NCBI RefSeq assembly: GCF_902652985.1
Contig: NC_047026.1
Coordinates: 2,703,307 to 2,767,306, forward strand
Direction: 5' to 3'
From: Pecten maximus
Lineage: Eukaryota
DNA: 64,000 bases
A model generated the notes under the pieces. It was not told the origin of the DNA. It searched no databases and worked only from the letters and a program-made list of their open reading frames with translations. Shown here one piece after another: positions 37,141-50,455 of the stretch; the stretch's first letter is position 1; the number at the start of each line of letters is the position of its first letter. Made by a program: the position numbers and the translations under genes.

Positions 37141-38210
37141 AAAATTTCAAGACTCAAAAAACCCCAATTTTCTTTTAAAATTTTTTGAAAGAGTTATAAT
37201 TTACTAATTTTAAACCAACTTTTCCCATTAAATTTTTTAACCTTTCCCCTAAAATTTTAAATTTTCCACAAACTCATCCCCCTTTTAAACTAACTCCAAA
37301 ATTTTTAACAAATAAAATATATAAATTTAGTTTAAAGTTATCTATCTAAATTTTTAACTAAATCTAAAAAATCAATTTAAACTTTATTCCCCCAACATAA
37401 TTTCCTACTCCCCTTCCACTTTTCCCCATTCTTCCCAAAATAAATTTTCCCTAATTTCCCACTAATAACGTTTTTTAAAAATTTATGAACCCCAAATTTC
37501 AACAATTAAATTAGGGATCTATTCCACATCATCTTAACCCTTTTTCTCAACTTTTTTAAAACAAATCTCCAAAAAACTTTGTTTTAAAAAAACAGATCTA
37601 TTTTAAAAATAATTCCAAAACCCAAAATTTTTCGAAAAAATAAAAAAAGGTTTAAAAAAAATAAAAGAAAAAGAAAAATTTAATTTAAAAACTAAAAAAA
37701 TGTTTAAAAAAAAAAAAAAAAAATTAAAAACTGACATTAAAATTTAAAAAATTAAAAGTTTAATGAAAAAAAAAAATTGTAAATTAACCGGCTTAAACAA
37801 ATACCAAAAAATATAAAAAATTAATACTGCAATTGAAATTAACTCTAAAATTTAAATTGTTTTAGAAAGGAAATTTGGTTTAATTTTTTTTAATAAGCAA
37901 ACAATTTCAAAAAAAAAAAAATTCAAAAATTAAATCAGTAAAATGAAAAATTATTCTTTTTAATAAGTATTTCACAAAAGGGGGTAATAAATTTATATTT
38001 TTTTGAATAAGAAAAAAAAGATTGAATAAACAAATATTTATAAAATTATTTTTTAATTATAAAAAAGAATTAAAATTCCAAGGGGAAATTTAAAAATTTC
38101 AAAACATCCTTTTAAAAAAATTAAAAAGAAAAAAACCAAATTAAATTCAAAAAAAATTTTAAAGAAAAAACCATTAATTATATAATAAAAGCACTGAAAA
38201 AGGAAATACG
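37140..38210. other. Low-complexity block of about 1.1 kb, strongly G-depleted (A/T/C only), between the two U copies
   Basis: It has almost no G on the + strand across more than 1 kb and is dominated by homopolymers. It reads like a degenerate copy of its neighbours. Confidence 0.6.
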
Positions 38211-38354
38211 CAGGGGGAAATTACGCTAATTACAAACCGGAAGATCACTTTTACCCACAAAAAATATATACAACAACCAAAACCCACACCCCCCCCCCCC
38301 CCCCCCCCCCCCCACCCCCACCCCCCCCCCCACCCCCCCCCCCCCCCCCACCAC

Positions 38355-38412
<58 letters not shown>

Positions 38413-38431
38413 AAAATAACCACGTTTACAG
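38211..38431 (+). mobile_element. MITE copy 4, 5'-truncated, with an internal C-rich tract of about 120 nt (38289-38411)
   Basis: Its 3' half and the 3' inverted repeat match copy 3. Confidence 0.55.
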
Positions 38432-39500
38432 TATCTTAAATAAAAAGAAGTTAATTACTTGAACCTCTAAGAAAACTTGGACTCTGCATGTCACATGCCT
38501 CCAGAGATTTGCAGTATAAGATAATATTACAACTATAGTATAGAATATGTACTTGTGCTTGTATGAATATATTATGTATGATACTTAAATACATAAAGTG
38601 AAGTTGATTTGTTCATTTAAAATTTCTTATCACTCAGATTTGAACATAGGAAGGATTAGCAGAGAAGGAAGGAGTGATAGACAGAGGGAGATTCACCTGA
38701 GTGTGAGCTTTCCATGGTAGAATTTACAGCTGCAAAGAATCGGCAATGGAAGATATATTACCAGTTTATACAACATGCAAGTCAGAGGATGAAGTGTCCA
38801 GTTAATAGTGTGTACAGATCATATTCCATGCACTTCTTTATCCTTCAACTACATCATAAATACTCCTAAGAAGTAATGGCTAAGCAAATGACTCATGCAT
38901 GCTGTACCAAAAAGAAACAGGACAGAAATTTGTGTTTTTGCAAAGCAGAACCACACAGCAAAATATTTCTATATCAAACCCCTTATCACCCATATAGATC
39001 ACTATTACCTATGGGCCTCTATAACAAATCCCTGAGGACCTGTGAGTTCACTATTGGCCTGTAACGAACTTCTGAGGACCTGTGAGTTCACTTTTGGCCT
39101 ATAATCAATCCCTGAGGATCTGTGAGTTCACTATGGGCCTATAACAAACTACTGAGAGTCTGTGAGTTCACTATTGGCCTGTAATGAACTTCTGAGGATC
39201 TGTGAGTTCACTATGGGCCTGTAATAAATCCTTGAGAGTCTGCGAGTTCACTATGGGCCTGTAACAAACTCCTGCAGATCTGTAAGTTCACTATGGGCCT
39301 ATTACAAACTTCTGTGGATCTGTGAGTTCACTTTTGGCCTATAATCAATCCATGAGGATCTGTGAGTTCACTATGGGTTTGAAACAAATCTCTAAGAACC
39401 TGTAAGTTCACTATGGTCCTAAATTGAACTTTTTTGGACCCCTAAGTTCAATTAAAGCCTATAACGAGCCCATGAGGATCTACAAGTTCACCATTAATGA
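38432..39500 (+). repeat. Segmental repeat unit U, copy 2, plus an expanded 40-bp tandem array (ctgaggatctgtgagttcactatgggcctataacaaact, about 12 copies, 38995-39500)
   Basis: Direct comparison with 36349-37140. Confidence 0.8.
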
Positions 39501-39993
39501 GTTCACTAAGGACCTGCAATGGTATCATGAACCCCTACTAGCTATAGATTTGGTTGGTGGTGGGGCAATCACTTGATAGATAATCTTATCATATAATTTC
39601 ATTTCTGCTCAAAATCCCTTTTATTATGAACACTACCAGAAGAACATGCATTCATAGGCAAGTGAATGCAGTATTATCAGTTTGATATTGGCTATGATTA
39701 TATATTGCCTTTTATGGAGTTTTGGTTTGAAGTGAGTTTAACATCCTTTCAACAGCCATGGTGAGGGAAAGTCAGTTGCATAATTTACTCTTGAAGAAAT
39801 CTTTCCCAATTCATCGATTTTCTTCCCAAAATGACACAAAAAGGCCCCTTCCCAAACCAGTGAGAAAACGCCCTGAAGATTTGTGTTTATAATACACATG
39901 TTTTACGGAGATGTACATAGCAGTTGTGAGATTTTAAGAGAAATGCTGTACCTGTGTTGTTCAATATACGGTTAAGGTTAGCAGTGTACATAC

Positions 39994-40088
39994 CTGTGTG
40001 TGTACTTTCTACTGTGGCGATGCTGTCCATCAGTGACCCAGAGTCGTCATTGTCCTCGGTATAGTACAGGTCACGGCTCCCGTAGGGT
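39994..40088 (-). CDS. Giant gene exon ((R)PYGSRDLYYTEDNDDSGSLMDSIATVESTHT)
   Basis: Acceptor ctctgacag| and donor g|gtatgt, in the frame of ORF 39887..40108. Its phase is consistent. Confidence 0.55.
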
Positions 40089-40439
40089 CTGTCAGAGCAA
40101 ATCATCACATATTACTTACCAATTCTTATTCAATCAAAAACTGCTGACCATATTTATCTTGAACATAAGCCCAGGCCCAGCAATAAGCTGACTGAAATCT
40201 ACTTTGCTGTTTAGTAAAATATTAAGAGTGGAATATTGCAATACCAAATATCCCAATTTCAATATTCAATATAAACCAAACTACTGCCACATACCGAACC
40301 CCCAACCCCCAACAAGATTATGTGATATTCTAGTGTACTATTATATATCAGTAAAATGTATTGTCCCATAAAAAGTACCCACCCAAACCCCAAACCCCAA
40401 ACCCCCAACCCCGATTTTGAGTAAGAGGTTATGTGCTTG

Positions 40440-40660
40440 CCCCAACGTAATTTGAGACAGTTATTTGTATTGCCCCATAGAATTTGAGACAGTTATCTGT
40501 ATTGCCCCATAGAATTTGAGACAGTTATTTGTATTGCCCCATAGAATTTGAGACAGTTATTTGTATTGCCCCATAGAATTTGAGACAGTTATTTGTATTG
40601 CCCCATAGAATTTGAGACAGTTATCTGTATTGCCCCATAGAATTTGAGACAGTTATTTGT
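40440..40660. repeat. 32-bp minisatellite (tgccccatagaatttgagacagttatttgtat), about 7 copies
   Basis: The period is visible. Confidence 0.9.
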
Positions 40661-40949
40661 AAAGTATCCAGATAAAGATAACCTAGGGATTAAAATTTAC
40701 TACCATGACATCTTGTATAAGACATCCCTGTTATGATGTAATGTTGTGTACAGGTGTTTAACACTACATGCATAGATAACTCCTTAATTGAGTTTTAACA
40801 GCAAGAAACATTCAGAGAAAATGACCGATTACATACATCAGGTGGTAAATCATATCCCAATCCATCATATCAAACATAAGGTCAAGGTCACGGATGGTCA
40901 AGCCTTGGTCAGATTGTACCCAACGATGTAGACTGCACATCATATCACT

Positions 40950-41380
40950 ATGACAACGATCCAATCAAACATATCCTATCACTTCTGTTAACGATCCAAT
41001 CAAACGTGTCCTTTCACAACCGTCAACGATCCAATCAAACGTTTCCTATCACGACTGTCAACGATCCAATCAAACGATCACGACTGACAACGATCCAATC
41101 AAACGTTTCCTATCGCTTCAGTTAACGATCCAATCAAGCGTATCCTTTCACAACCGTCAACGATCCAAACAAATGTTTCCTATCACGACTGTCAACGATC
41201 CAATCAAAAGATCACGACTGACAACGATCCAATCAAACGTTTCCTATCAAGACTGTCAACGATCCAATCACACGTATCATATATCACGACTGTCAATGAT
41301 CCAATCACACGTATCCTGTCGTGACTGTCAATGATCCAATCACACGTATCCTATATCACGACTGTTTATGATACAGTGTG
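40950..41380. repeat. Variable-unit minisatellite of 37-45 bp (caacgatccaatcaaacgtttcctatcacgactgt), about 10 copies
   Basis: Visible directly. Confidence 0.85.
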
Positions 41381-42264
41381 TACATTACAGTCTTTCTCAA
41401 GTTTTTAGTTTTTACAGAAAAATTCAAAATCTCATGGCCGACAATGCTCCTGATTATGTAACACTTAAAAACTTCATCTCAAGGTCACGGATGTTCATCT
41501 CAAGGTCATGGATGTTGACCTTGAGATGTCCCAGCACCAGTTACACAGTAATACAGTGAAACTCTCCCAAAACTGTTACCAATATTTCCACATCACATGA
41601 AAATGGCCATCTTTTTTTCTGCAGAAGTATTTGAAACTACCCTAACTAAACCTCAGCTTTGGAGAAAGGATGTCCAACTTTCCGAGTCCTTCATAACGTC
41701 AGAAGATCAATGTTACTAAATTCACTTATTTGTAATAAATTATAACCCAATGTCAGGTCTACTTCCAATTAATATCAGAATTTAGGATACTAGTAATGCT
41801 TCAATCAACAAATTTATACTCCTTATAGTAACTGATACAATATGGAACTGACGAACGAAAACATTGTACAACATGGTGATCAGATTGATGAGGCTTCCAG
41901 CATCTCCACTGTAACATATTTGGTATGCAATGGATCTCATTGCCGTCTGCCACTCTGATAGTCATCAATACACCTGCTTTAATTAAATACCAACTCAATT
42001 TCCCAGTACTGTCCCAGGGGATGAATTCTACAACTAGTCTGACCATCTCCCCAGAGATTTGGGTGAGTCCATGTGCAAAATCAGATTAGGTATGCATGTC
42101 CCAGAAGAGTCCATTATTCAAATGTCTGGGGAGGGGGGGTTGGTTTCTGAAATTGGTTACACTTTGTTACAGGGTTTTTACCTGTATATCCCAAAAAAGT
42201 CCATTTCTCAAAGTGTCTGGCCGAGTATTTCTCAGGGTTATGAAATTTTTTTAGAGTGTCTTAC

Positions 42265-42358
42265 CTATATGGGCGGAGCCTTGAGCCCTCCCGGCGACGT
42301 GAACTGTTGTCAGAGTCGTTGGGTGAAATCACACCTCCACTGCTGGATGGACTGCCCT
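42265..42358 (-). CDS. Giant gene exon ((E)GSPSSSGGVISPNDSDNSSRRREGSRLRPY)
   Basis: Acceptor ctatag| and donor ag|gtaaga. It has a single open frame with consistent phase. Confidence 0.55.
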
Positions 42359-43892
42359 CTATAGAAAATCCCAACAAAACACCAATAAATGGCCAGTAAT
42401 GGTCATTGGATTGAGGTCAATCATGTAGAGGTCACCCATTAGAAGAGTGGTGACCACACACAATAGGACAAAGGCATTGTCAGAGATATAATGGTACTTG
42501 TTCTAATTACCATATATATTACATGAATATTATAATTTTATTTTATTAGGTCTGATTGGTTATGGTGGTATTTCATTTTCAGATGTCAGTAAGTTGGAAA
42601 TCAAGGATATTTTTACCATGGACAATTTTAGCTAGAAAATGAAATATTGAAACTTCTTGACATCTAGAGGACCTCATTACCCTGGATTTAGCATGCAGTC
42701 CATAGAATTTTCATGATTTCATACAATTTAAAGCAAAAAAGGGTGCAGTTTTTGCTAAAATAATCAAACAGACTATATTTTTTTCTATTTAATGAATTCT
42801 AATTATATCTTTTCTCACAAAATTTTACTCTATCTTTGAAAATACAGGAAAACTGATAGGCTAATTGAAAAAAAATATCTTCTATTAACACTCGATCATC
42901 CAGTTTCTGTCAAGTGGAACTCTTTTTACAATGGAGGCATATATTCAAAATGTATCATACACCCTTAATGTTTAATATGATAAGTACCCTGTCATTTAAC
43001 AATATCGACTAGCTGATTTCCCATGGGTACTTAACACCTAAAAGATACAGTCTTTGTCCTGACAGTACAGTTATAGCCTCCTTTAAAGCTATATGTCTGG
43101 TGCCTTACTTAATTATGCATGACCACAGCTGTTCTGAGTCACTTGCTGGTATTTCTTTGGAAGCTGATTTCTCAATATTTTAAAGGGTCACACAATCATG
43201 TATCACAGGTTTATTGACTGAAGTATTTCCTTTTCTTTATTTATGTTTTAATTAAGTTTACTACTTGCAACACTGAAATGTATCTTGGGTACTATATATT
43301 TGGAACAGACAATACAAGAGAATACAAAACAAATGGTAGTCTGTCAATTTATTTAAACTGTATTATTGAAATTCTACATACTATTGTTTTTTTGGTTTTT
43401 GTTTTCTTTTTCAATTTCAAAATATTCAAACATCTTATATTTTCAATTTTAATGTTATTTTCAATAAATCCTACAAATGGACAACAATGTCACTTTAATT
43501 AAATCACAAACATTGAGTACATAATTGAAGATTTTCGGAAGTTTTTTTTCTGAAATAAAAGTTTTAGTCAATATCACATTAATACACACTCATTGTTAAC
43601 AAAATTCAAAACTTTTTTTCCAGAAAACACACAGCAGACAATAAAAGATTAAATTAGGTTTTCTCTTTTGTGATAAAATGATACATGTACAAATCGTTTA
43701 GTTTTAAACAATTGTATTGTAAGATACAATCTTCTGTTGTTTGTTGTCGTTGTTGTTGTTTCTGTAACATTTCACAGGAATCCTTCGAAGTCATAGGATC
43801 AACGATATCCACATGACAAAAATTTGTCCAGTTTTCAGGTGGGCAACTCTCAAGACGAATAAATGAATATAGTAAGAAATCCCAAAGGGATC

Positions 43893-44420
43893 TTGGTGCC
43901 CACCATTGAATGATCTTCATTAGCTCTATGTCAGACTGACCTTCTAACTACGTTTCCCTACTTTCTTCTTTTCCTCTTAATAATCTGATAACAAGAACAA
44001 GTGGAACCTATTTGTGAAGTTTGAGGAATATCCCTCCAGTACTTTTCAAGAAATAGCGATGAACAAATTTCAATTCTCAAAATTCAAGATGGTCGCCTCA
44101 GCCATTTTGCTTTCCTGATCAAATATTAAAATCAAATTGGCATAAATAGGGACCAAGGGGTCTTAAACATCAAATTTGAGGAGTATCCCTCCAGTTCTTT
44201 TCAGGAAATAGTGACTACAAACTTCAATTCTCAAAATTCAAGATGGTCGCCTCAGCCATTTTGCTTTCCTGATCAAATATTAAAATCAAATTGGCATAAA
44301 TAGGGACCAAGGGGTCTTAAACATGAAATTTGAGGAGTATCCCTTCCAGTTCAGATGGCTGTCTGTCAGCCATTTTGTTTTTCTGTTCAAAAATCCAAAT
44401 TGAATTGGCACAAATAAGGA
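43893..44420 (-). mobile_element. Degenerate copy of the satellite-bearing element: terminal hairpin end plus about 2.5 diverged satellite units
   Basis: It carries the atcccaaagggatcttggtgcccaccattgaatgatc terminus and units resembling aatagcgatgaacaaatttcaattctcaaaattcaagatggtcgcctcagccattttg. Confidence 0.55.
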
Positions 44421-45755
44421 GCAAGGGGAACCTACAGGTGAAAATTAAAATGATCCAGTTAATTTTTAATATAGATTTCCCACCTGTAGAGACATGTCCA
44501 CTATCAGTGTTAAAATTTCCTATACCACAATCCAAAGGAACAAAATTGTGCCATGGATTACAGCAAAAACACACAAATTAAATTTCTCAAATACATCCAT
44601 GATTAGTCAAAAAAACATATCAATAGGCTTCTTCTTAAATGTTGTTTAATTATGTGAATGTTGGTTTTTTTTCCTGTAAAAAGAGTCAGTGCTCAAAAAT
44701 CTCAATCAAAAGCACATGCACATGTCACACAAGGTTACATGTAAGTTACATATGTACGTGTTAGGAAAATCAATGTTGTGTTATATAATTAGCGCACACT
44801 GTCTACCTCTGCGATGACGACGGTATCTTTTCTTTCTACGAGCTGAAAATATTGTAAGCATTGGCATGCACAATATGTAATATGTATATACATGTATATT
44901 CAGATACGAGCTGAAAATATTGCAAGCATTGGCATGCACAATATATAATTTGTATATATATATGTATATTCAGATACAACATAATATTGTTACACACTAT
45001 CAAATTAAAACTAACTACAGTCTCCGATTCACTTACCTGGTATGAGAAAGCTCATCATGATGGCGTACTTATTTACATCACACAATTTTTACAGTACTGT
45101 AGATGTTTATAATTAGAACATTAGTCTTAGGCATGAATATTTTCTCCAAGCCGAGAAAAATAGATGAAAAGAAGAAAATATCAACGATGATGTTAAATGA
45201 GAAAAGTTGCTTGTCTTTTTAACATCAGCAGCATTTTTATTTTTAGCGAGAAAAAATTCAGAACAACAAGCATAATGGGCATTGCTGAAAAATATATGTC
45301 CCCTTACCGGCCCCTGCTAGAAATAGCAACAGCGACCTTGACCCCAAATCTCTGAAACTCGAATTTGATTGAGAAATTATTGTCCTTTGTCATTGTGTGA
45401 AGTTTTATCAAAATCCCTCAAAGAATGAAGCCGCTAGAGCGCTGACAAACTTTGGCGTTACACAAGTACATACAGGACGGACAGAGAGCTCGAGGAAACC
45501 TATAGTTCCCAGGCACATCACCAGCCGAGGATCTCTTGGACTTATAATGTACTATATTTTTCATGCAAAGGTTGAAATTCAAGGACTTTTTATAACTGTG
45601 TGAACCATGTGTTAGGTGATAATTATAGCCTGATGATCTACAAATTCTACGAACAGAGAGACGGAGAAAGGAAGAACTAAATATAGAATAATTTCAAACA
45701 GCAAAACAGCTAAGCAGTAGACATGTGACATGCTATAATTTGTGTGTGTACTGAC

Positions 45756-45853
45756 CATGCTGTGGACTGTTGCCTCCGTAAGTTTCCTGACGGTCACTAC
45801 TTCCAGATCGCGACAGACGGGCGCTCTTACTACTGGAAGGACGACCATCTTCT
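45756..45853 (-). CDS. Giant gene exon ((G)EDGRPSSSKSARLSRSGSSDRQETYGGNSPQH)
   Basis: Acceptor ttttcag| and donor g|gtcagt. Its phase is consistent with the flanking exons. Confidence 0.55.
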
Positions 45854-46268
45854 CTGAAAAACGCAGGGAGTTGGTGAAGAACAGTGTTTCAAAATTATAT
45901 CAATTAATATCTTTGTAATTTTCTTTTTTAATTTAAAGTTTATGTTGTTTTTTTTCAAAGATCACTTTAATAGATGTTAATGTAATGTATTTATATATTT
46001 TGCAAGAATTGCAAAACAAGTTATATCAATTTCTGTAGGCCAATGACTGACTAATACCCATCTCTACACCTCATTTTTAACCACAGCAACTAAATGACAT
46101 CTATTGTTTTGTAGAAAAAACAACACAATTGTATCCACTGTCCCTCAAAACACTTATATACCAATTTTCAGCTAAATGAGACAATATCTCAAAATATCTC
46201 ATCGTTGAAGGGGGTCATAGCGAAAAACTGAAATTTTCCAAATCTCTAGGAAGGTGAATATTTCTTAC

Positions 46269-46370
46269 CCGTGCGGTGATGAAGAAAATCTGCGATCAGT
46301 TGGCGAAGTTGAGTTGTTGTCATGACCTAACGGTGCTGCCTCCTCCGACCTACTTCTGATATGTCGTTCC
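46269..46370 (-). CDS. Giant gene exon ((R)ERHIRSRSEEAAPLGHDNNSTSPTDRRFSSSPH)
   Basis: Acceptor atttag| and donor gg|gtaaga. It has a single open frame, and its phase fits both neighbours. Confidence 0.55.
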
Positions 46371-47439
46371 CTAAATATAGACATCAGTTTATCAGTAAAA
46401 CTTTCTATTAACAAAAATCTATTTCAATGAAAAATTAAAGCATATCTCATTTTTTTCTCATAAAAAAAAATGTTTTAAGCAAAATATTTTTGAAATCTCA
46501 AAAGAAATACCAAAGATATTACTATCAGGACAAAAAAATATTTAGGTAGGACATAATGCCTATTCAAAAATAGACTTCAGTAACTAGCTTAACTGGAAGG
46601 TCTGTTCAGCTATAATGAAAAGGCCTATAGGGCCTGTAATACTTACAAGGATATTTCAGAAATAATTGCAAGATTCTTGAACCTAGAGATTCTATAGTTC
46701 TATACGAAGTTTTCAACATTGATTTCCCCCGTTACCTTGAAAGAAGGTCAATTGGAAGGTCACTTACAAAAGAAAAGAGAGAAAGTAACTCTGTAACACA
46801 CACCCGATCCAATGTACAATATACCTACTGGCCAGCATTACTCTAGCAAGATCTTCTGAACTTGTGAGAAAAATTGTTACAATTTTTTACTAAATGTGAA
46901 ATTTTGACAAGCTGACCCTTGACCTAAACACAATTTATCAGAAAAAGATCTGCACTATGGCTTTTTGCAATACACCTACCATAATATCATCACTATTGAT
47001 GATTATTGGGCCTTCAAATAATGTTGTTCGAAGTTTTTATCATAGTTAAACCAAGTGACCTTGACAGTAAGTCAGGGTCATTTATATATAAGTTAGTTTT
47101 TGTCACTTCAAACCAGGAAATTCCTGGACAAAGACGTCGACGATGACTGTGGCCGGGAAGAAATGCTTTAACAATTAATGACCACGTCCCTGTGACCTCT
47201 TAAGTAGGTCAAGGTCATTTACTTGAGGAAAGGAAAATGTATCAAATACCAAGTTCTTGGATCTTCCAAAACTGGAGAAGTCATTCCTGCTAAAATTCTT
47301 TTATAATGTACTAAACTTACTGTGGTAGACAATAGTGAAAACAAATATGAAATATAAATGGATCCAATGAGGCAAACCTACTGAGGTAGAAATAATGACA
47401 CTTGAAAGAATCAATGTCACTCAGAGGTGAAAGCCAGCA

Positions 47440-48660
47440 AGGTATGAATAAATAGACTGAGATTTCTGATTATACCAATAAATAAATAAAATAATTACAC
47501 CGAGATATCAATACACTCTGATTACACCAATAAATAAATAAAATAATTACACCGAGATATCAATAAACTATGATTACACCAATAAATAAATAAAATAATT
47601 ACACCAAGATATCAATACACTCTGATTACACCAATAAATAGATAAAATAATTACACCGAGATATCAATACACTCTGATTACACCAATAAATAAATAAAAT
47701 AATTACACCAAGATATCAATACACTCTGATTACACCAATAAATAGATAAAATAATTACACCGAGATATCAATACACTCTGATTACACCAATAAATAGATA
47801 AAATAATTACACCGAGATATCAATACACTCTGATTACACCAATAAATAAAATAATTACACCGAGATATCAATACACTCTGATTACACCAATAAATAGATA
47901 AAATAATAACACCCAGATATCAATACACTCTGATTACACCAATAAATAAATAAAATAATTACACCGAGATATCAATACACTCTGATTACACCAATAAATA
48001 GATAAAATAATTACACCAAGATATCAATACACTCTGATTACACCAATAAATAGATAAAATAATTACACCAAGATATCAATACACTCTGATTACACCAATA
48101 AATAAATAAAATAATTACACCAAGATATCAATACACTCTGATTACACCAATAAATAGATAAAATAATTACACCGAGATATCAATACACTCTGATTACACC
48201 AATAAATAGATAAAATAATTACACCGAGATATCAATACACTCTGATTACACCAATAAATAGATAAAATAATTACACCGAGATATCAATACACTCTGATTA
48301 CACCAATAAATAGATAAAATAATTACACCAAGATATCAATACACTCTGATTACACCAATAAATAGATAAAATAATTACACCGAGATATCAATACACTCTG
48401 ATTACACCAAGAAATAGATAAAATAATTTCACCGAGATATCAATACACTCTGATTACACCAATAAATAGATAAAATAATTACACCGAGATATCAATACAC
48501 TCTGATTACACCAATAAATAAATAAAATAATTACACCGAGATATCAATACACTGAGATTTCTAATTACACTGATACCGATAAATAAAAAAAATAAATACA
48601 CCAAGAAATAAATAAACTGAGATTTATGATTACACCGATAAATAAATAAAATAAATACAC
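47440..48660. repeat. 52-bp minisatellite (48-bp variants also occur; cgagatatcaatacactctgattacaccaataaataaataaaataattacac), about 23 copies
   Basis: The period is visible (cgagatatca at 47501 and 47553). Confidence 0.9.
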
Positions 48661-49035
48661 CAAGATATAAAGTTCAAATAGCCACTGCAAATGGACATTG
48701 CAAAAGAATGGATTCTGATTGAAGCATGCAAATATGTACTTAGAAATGCACCGGTATGTTGATTATTAAAATATCTCAGACAAATATATATCATGTGATT
48801 GTACATGTACATACATCAAATATACATTGATATACATTATTCCACAAAATGCTTCAAGTGCATCAAACACCTCTGGAATCTTGGGTGGGGATTATATGAG
48901 ACAAGTTGGCCAATGAAATCGCTGCATAAGTAATGGAATGATTTATAATTATATTGAATAAGCTTAAAATGTCGATCACTAAACCTACTCAAGGCACTAA
49001 ATTATATATTTAAGAAATAATTAACGATGATTCGT

Positions 49036-49140
49036 GTATTATTGCAGGATATACAACGAGGACGAGGATATTTTGCAATTAAATTAACATTGCAAAATAT
49101 CCGAGTCCGAGTTGTATATCCTGCAACAATACACGAGTCA
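49036..49140. repeat. Near-perfect palindrome with arms of about 47 bp and a 9-bp loop (cgtgtattattgcaggatatacaac...gttgtatatcctgcaacaatacacg)
   Basis: Reverse-complement comparison of the two arms. Confidence 0.8.
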
Positions 49141-49864
49141 AAGTTGATTATTTCTATTCTACCATGTACTGTTTAGTTCTGAGATCGACCTCTTTCTAAT
49201 AGAAAAACAGCAAAGAAACCCTGGGAAAACCTTATTTCTTGAGTATTGTATTATTTGTTGATGAAATATACAGGCAATAAAGTAATACGATCAAGAGCAT
49301 CTATCATATGGCATTGATTTTGAAAATTTAATCAAAGTACTGAAAGTACTGAAGACACAAACGAAAACAAATTATTTTAACTGCTTTTGTTTAGTGGGGA
49401 CATGGTCAACTTTGTATGGAACATCACCAATACCTGATTAGGACTAGGACAAAATATTGGCAAGAAAAGAAATTCATATCTACTTTTGATTGCAAGTGCG
49501 TCTTGGCAGATAATTGTCAGAATAGGTACTCAGGTAATCTTATTTGACATCTTCATTGGGTTAATGTATACGTAGTTGTAGATGTAATATGAAGGTCCTA
49601 GATTACCTGTAAAATTAATGAGGCCTTTCTTTTCAAACTTTTGAGGATCCCATGCCTATAAGCGTTTCACAAATTATCATTATCATTAGCCATTGAAAAG
49701 ATATTTATACATTTGATGTAGCGCCCCATCTAGCTACCAGCTTTTAGATAAGAGAGAGCTCAGGTTAAAAACTCTTGTGTGATTGTTTTAGGATTTTATC
49801 GTGTGTGTGAGCCCTGGTTTGAATGATGTAATGTCAAGGTTTTGAATGATATTTTGTGGCAGAT

Positions 49865-50455
49865 TGTTCTATCCCTTCAGTACCTTCTGTAAAATAGCGA
49901 TAACAAACTTCAATTGTCAAAATACAATATGGCTGCCTGTCGGCCATTTTGTTTTCCGATTAGTCTCAAAATTCAATATCCATACCTAGGCACCAAGGGG
50001 AACCTACATATAAAATTTGAGAAAGATCCCTTCAGCACTTTCTGAGAAATAGCAATAACAAACTTCAATTGTCCAAATCCAATATGGCTGCCTGTCGGCC
50101 ATATTGTTTTCCGATTGGTCTCAAAATGCAATATGCATAACTAATGTTAGCACCAAGAGGAACCTACATATGAAATTTGAGAAAGACCAATTCAGTGCTT
50201 TCTGAGAAATAGCAATAACAAACTTCAATTGTCAAAACCTAAGATGGCTGCCTGTCGGCCATATTGTTTTCCGATTGGTCTCAAAATGCAATATGCATAA
50301 CTAGAAACCAAGAGAAACCTATATATGAAATTTTAGAAGATCCCTTCAGTACTTTGAGAAATAGCGATAACAAGAATTGTTTACGGATGGAGGGACGGAC
50401 GGACCACGGACGCAGGGCGATTTGAATAGCCGATGGTGGGTTAAAAACACCTGGG
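49865..50455 (-). mobile_element. Satellite-bearing element, short copy: about 3.5 units of the 155-bp satellite, then a GGAC-repeat and cagggcgatttgaatagcc terminus
   Basis: Reverse complement of the 16453-18500 satellite. Its end is shared with 52995-53110. Confidence 0.75.

Noticed and set aside
38174-38423. Gly-rich ORFs on the minus strand
   Set aside because: They are the reverse complement of the long poly-C tract in MITE copy 4.
45612-45848. Alternative open frame (MVVLPVVRAPVCRDLEVV...) across the 45756-45853 exon
   Set aside because: Its phase is incompatible with the single-frame exons on either side. The Ser-rich frame fits the chain.
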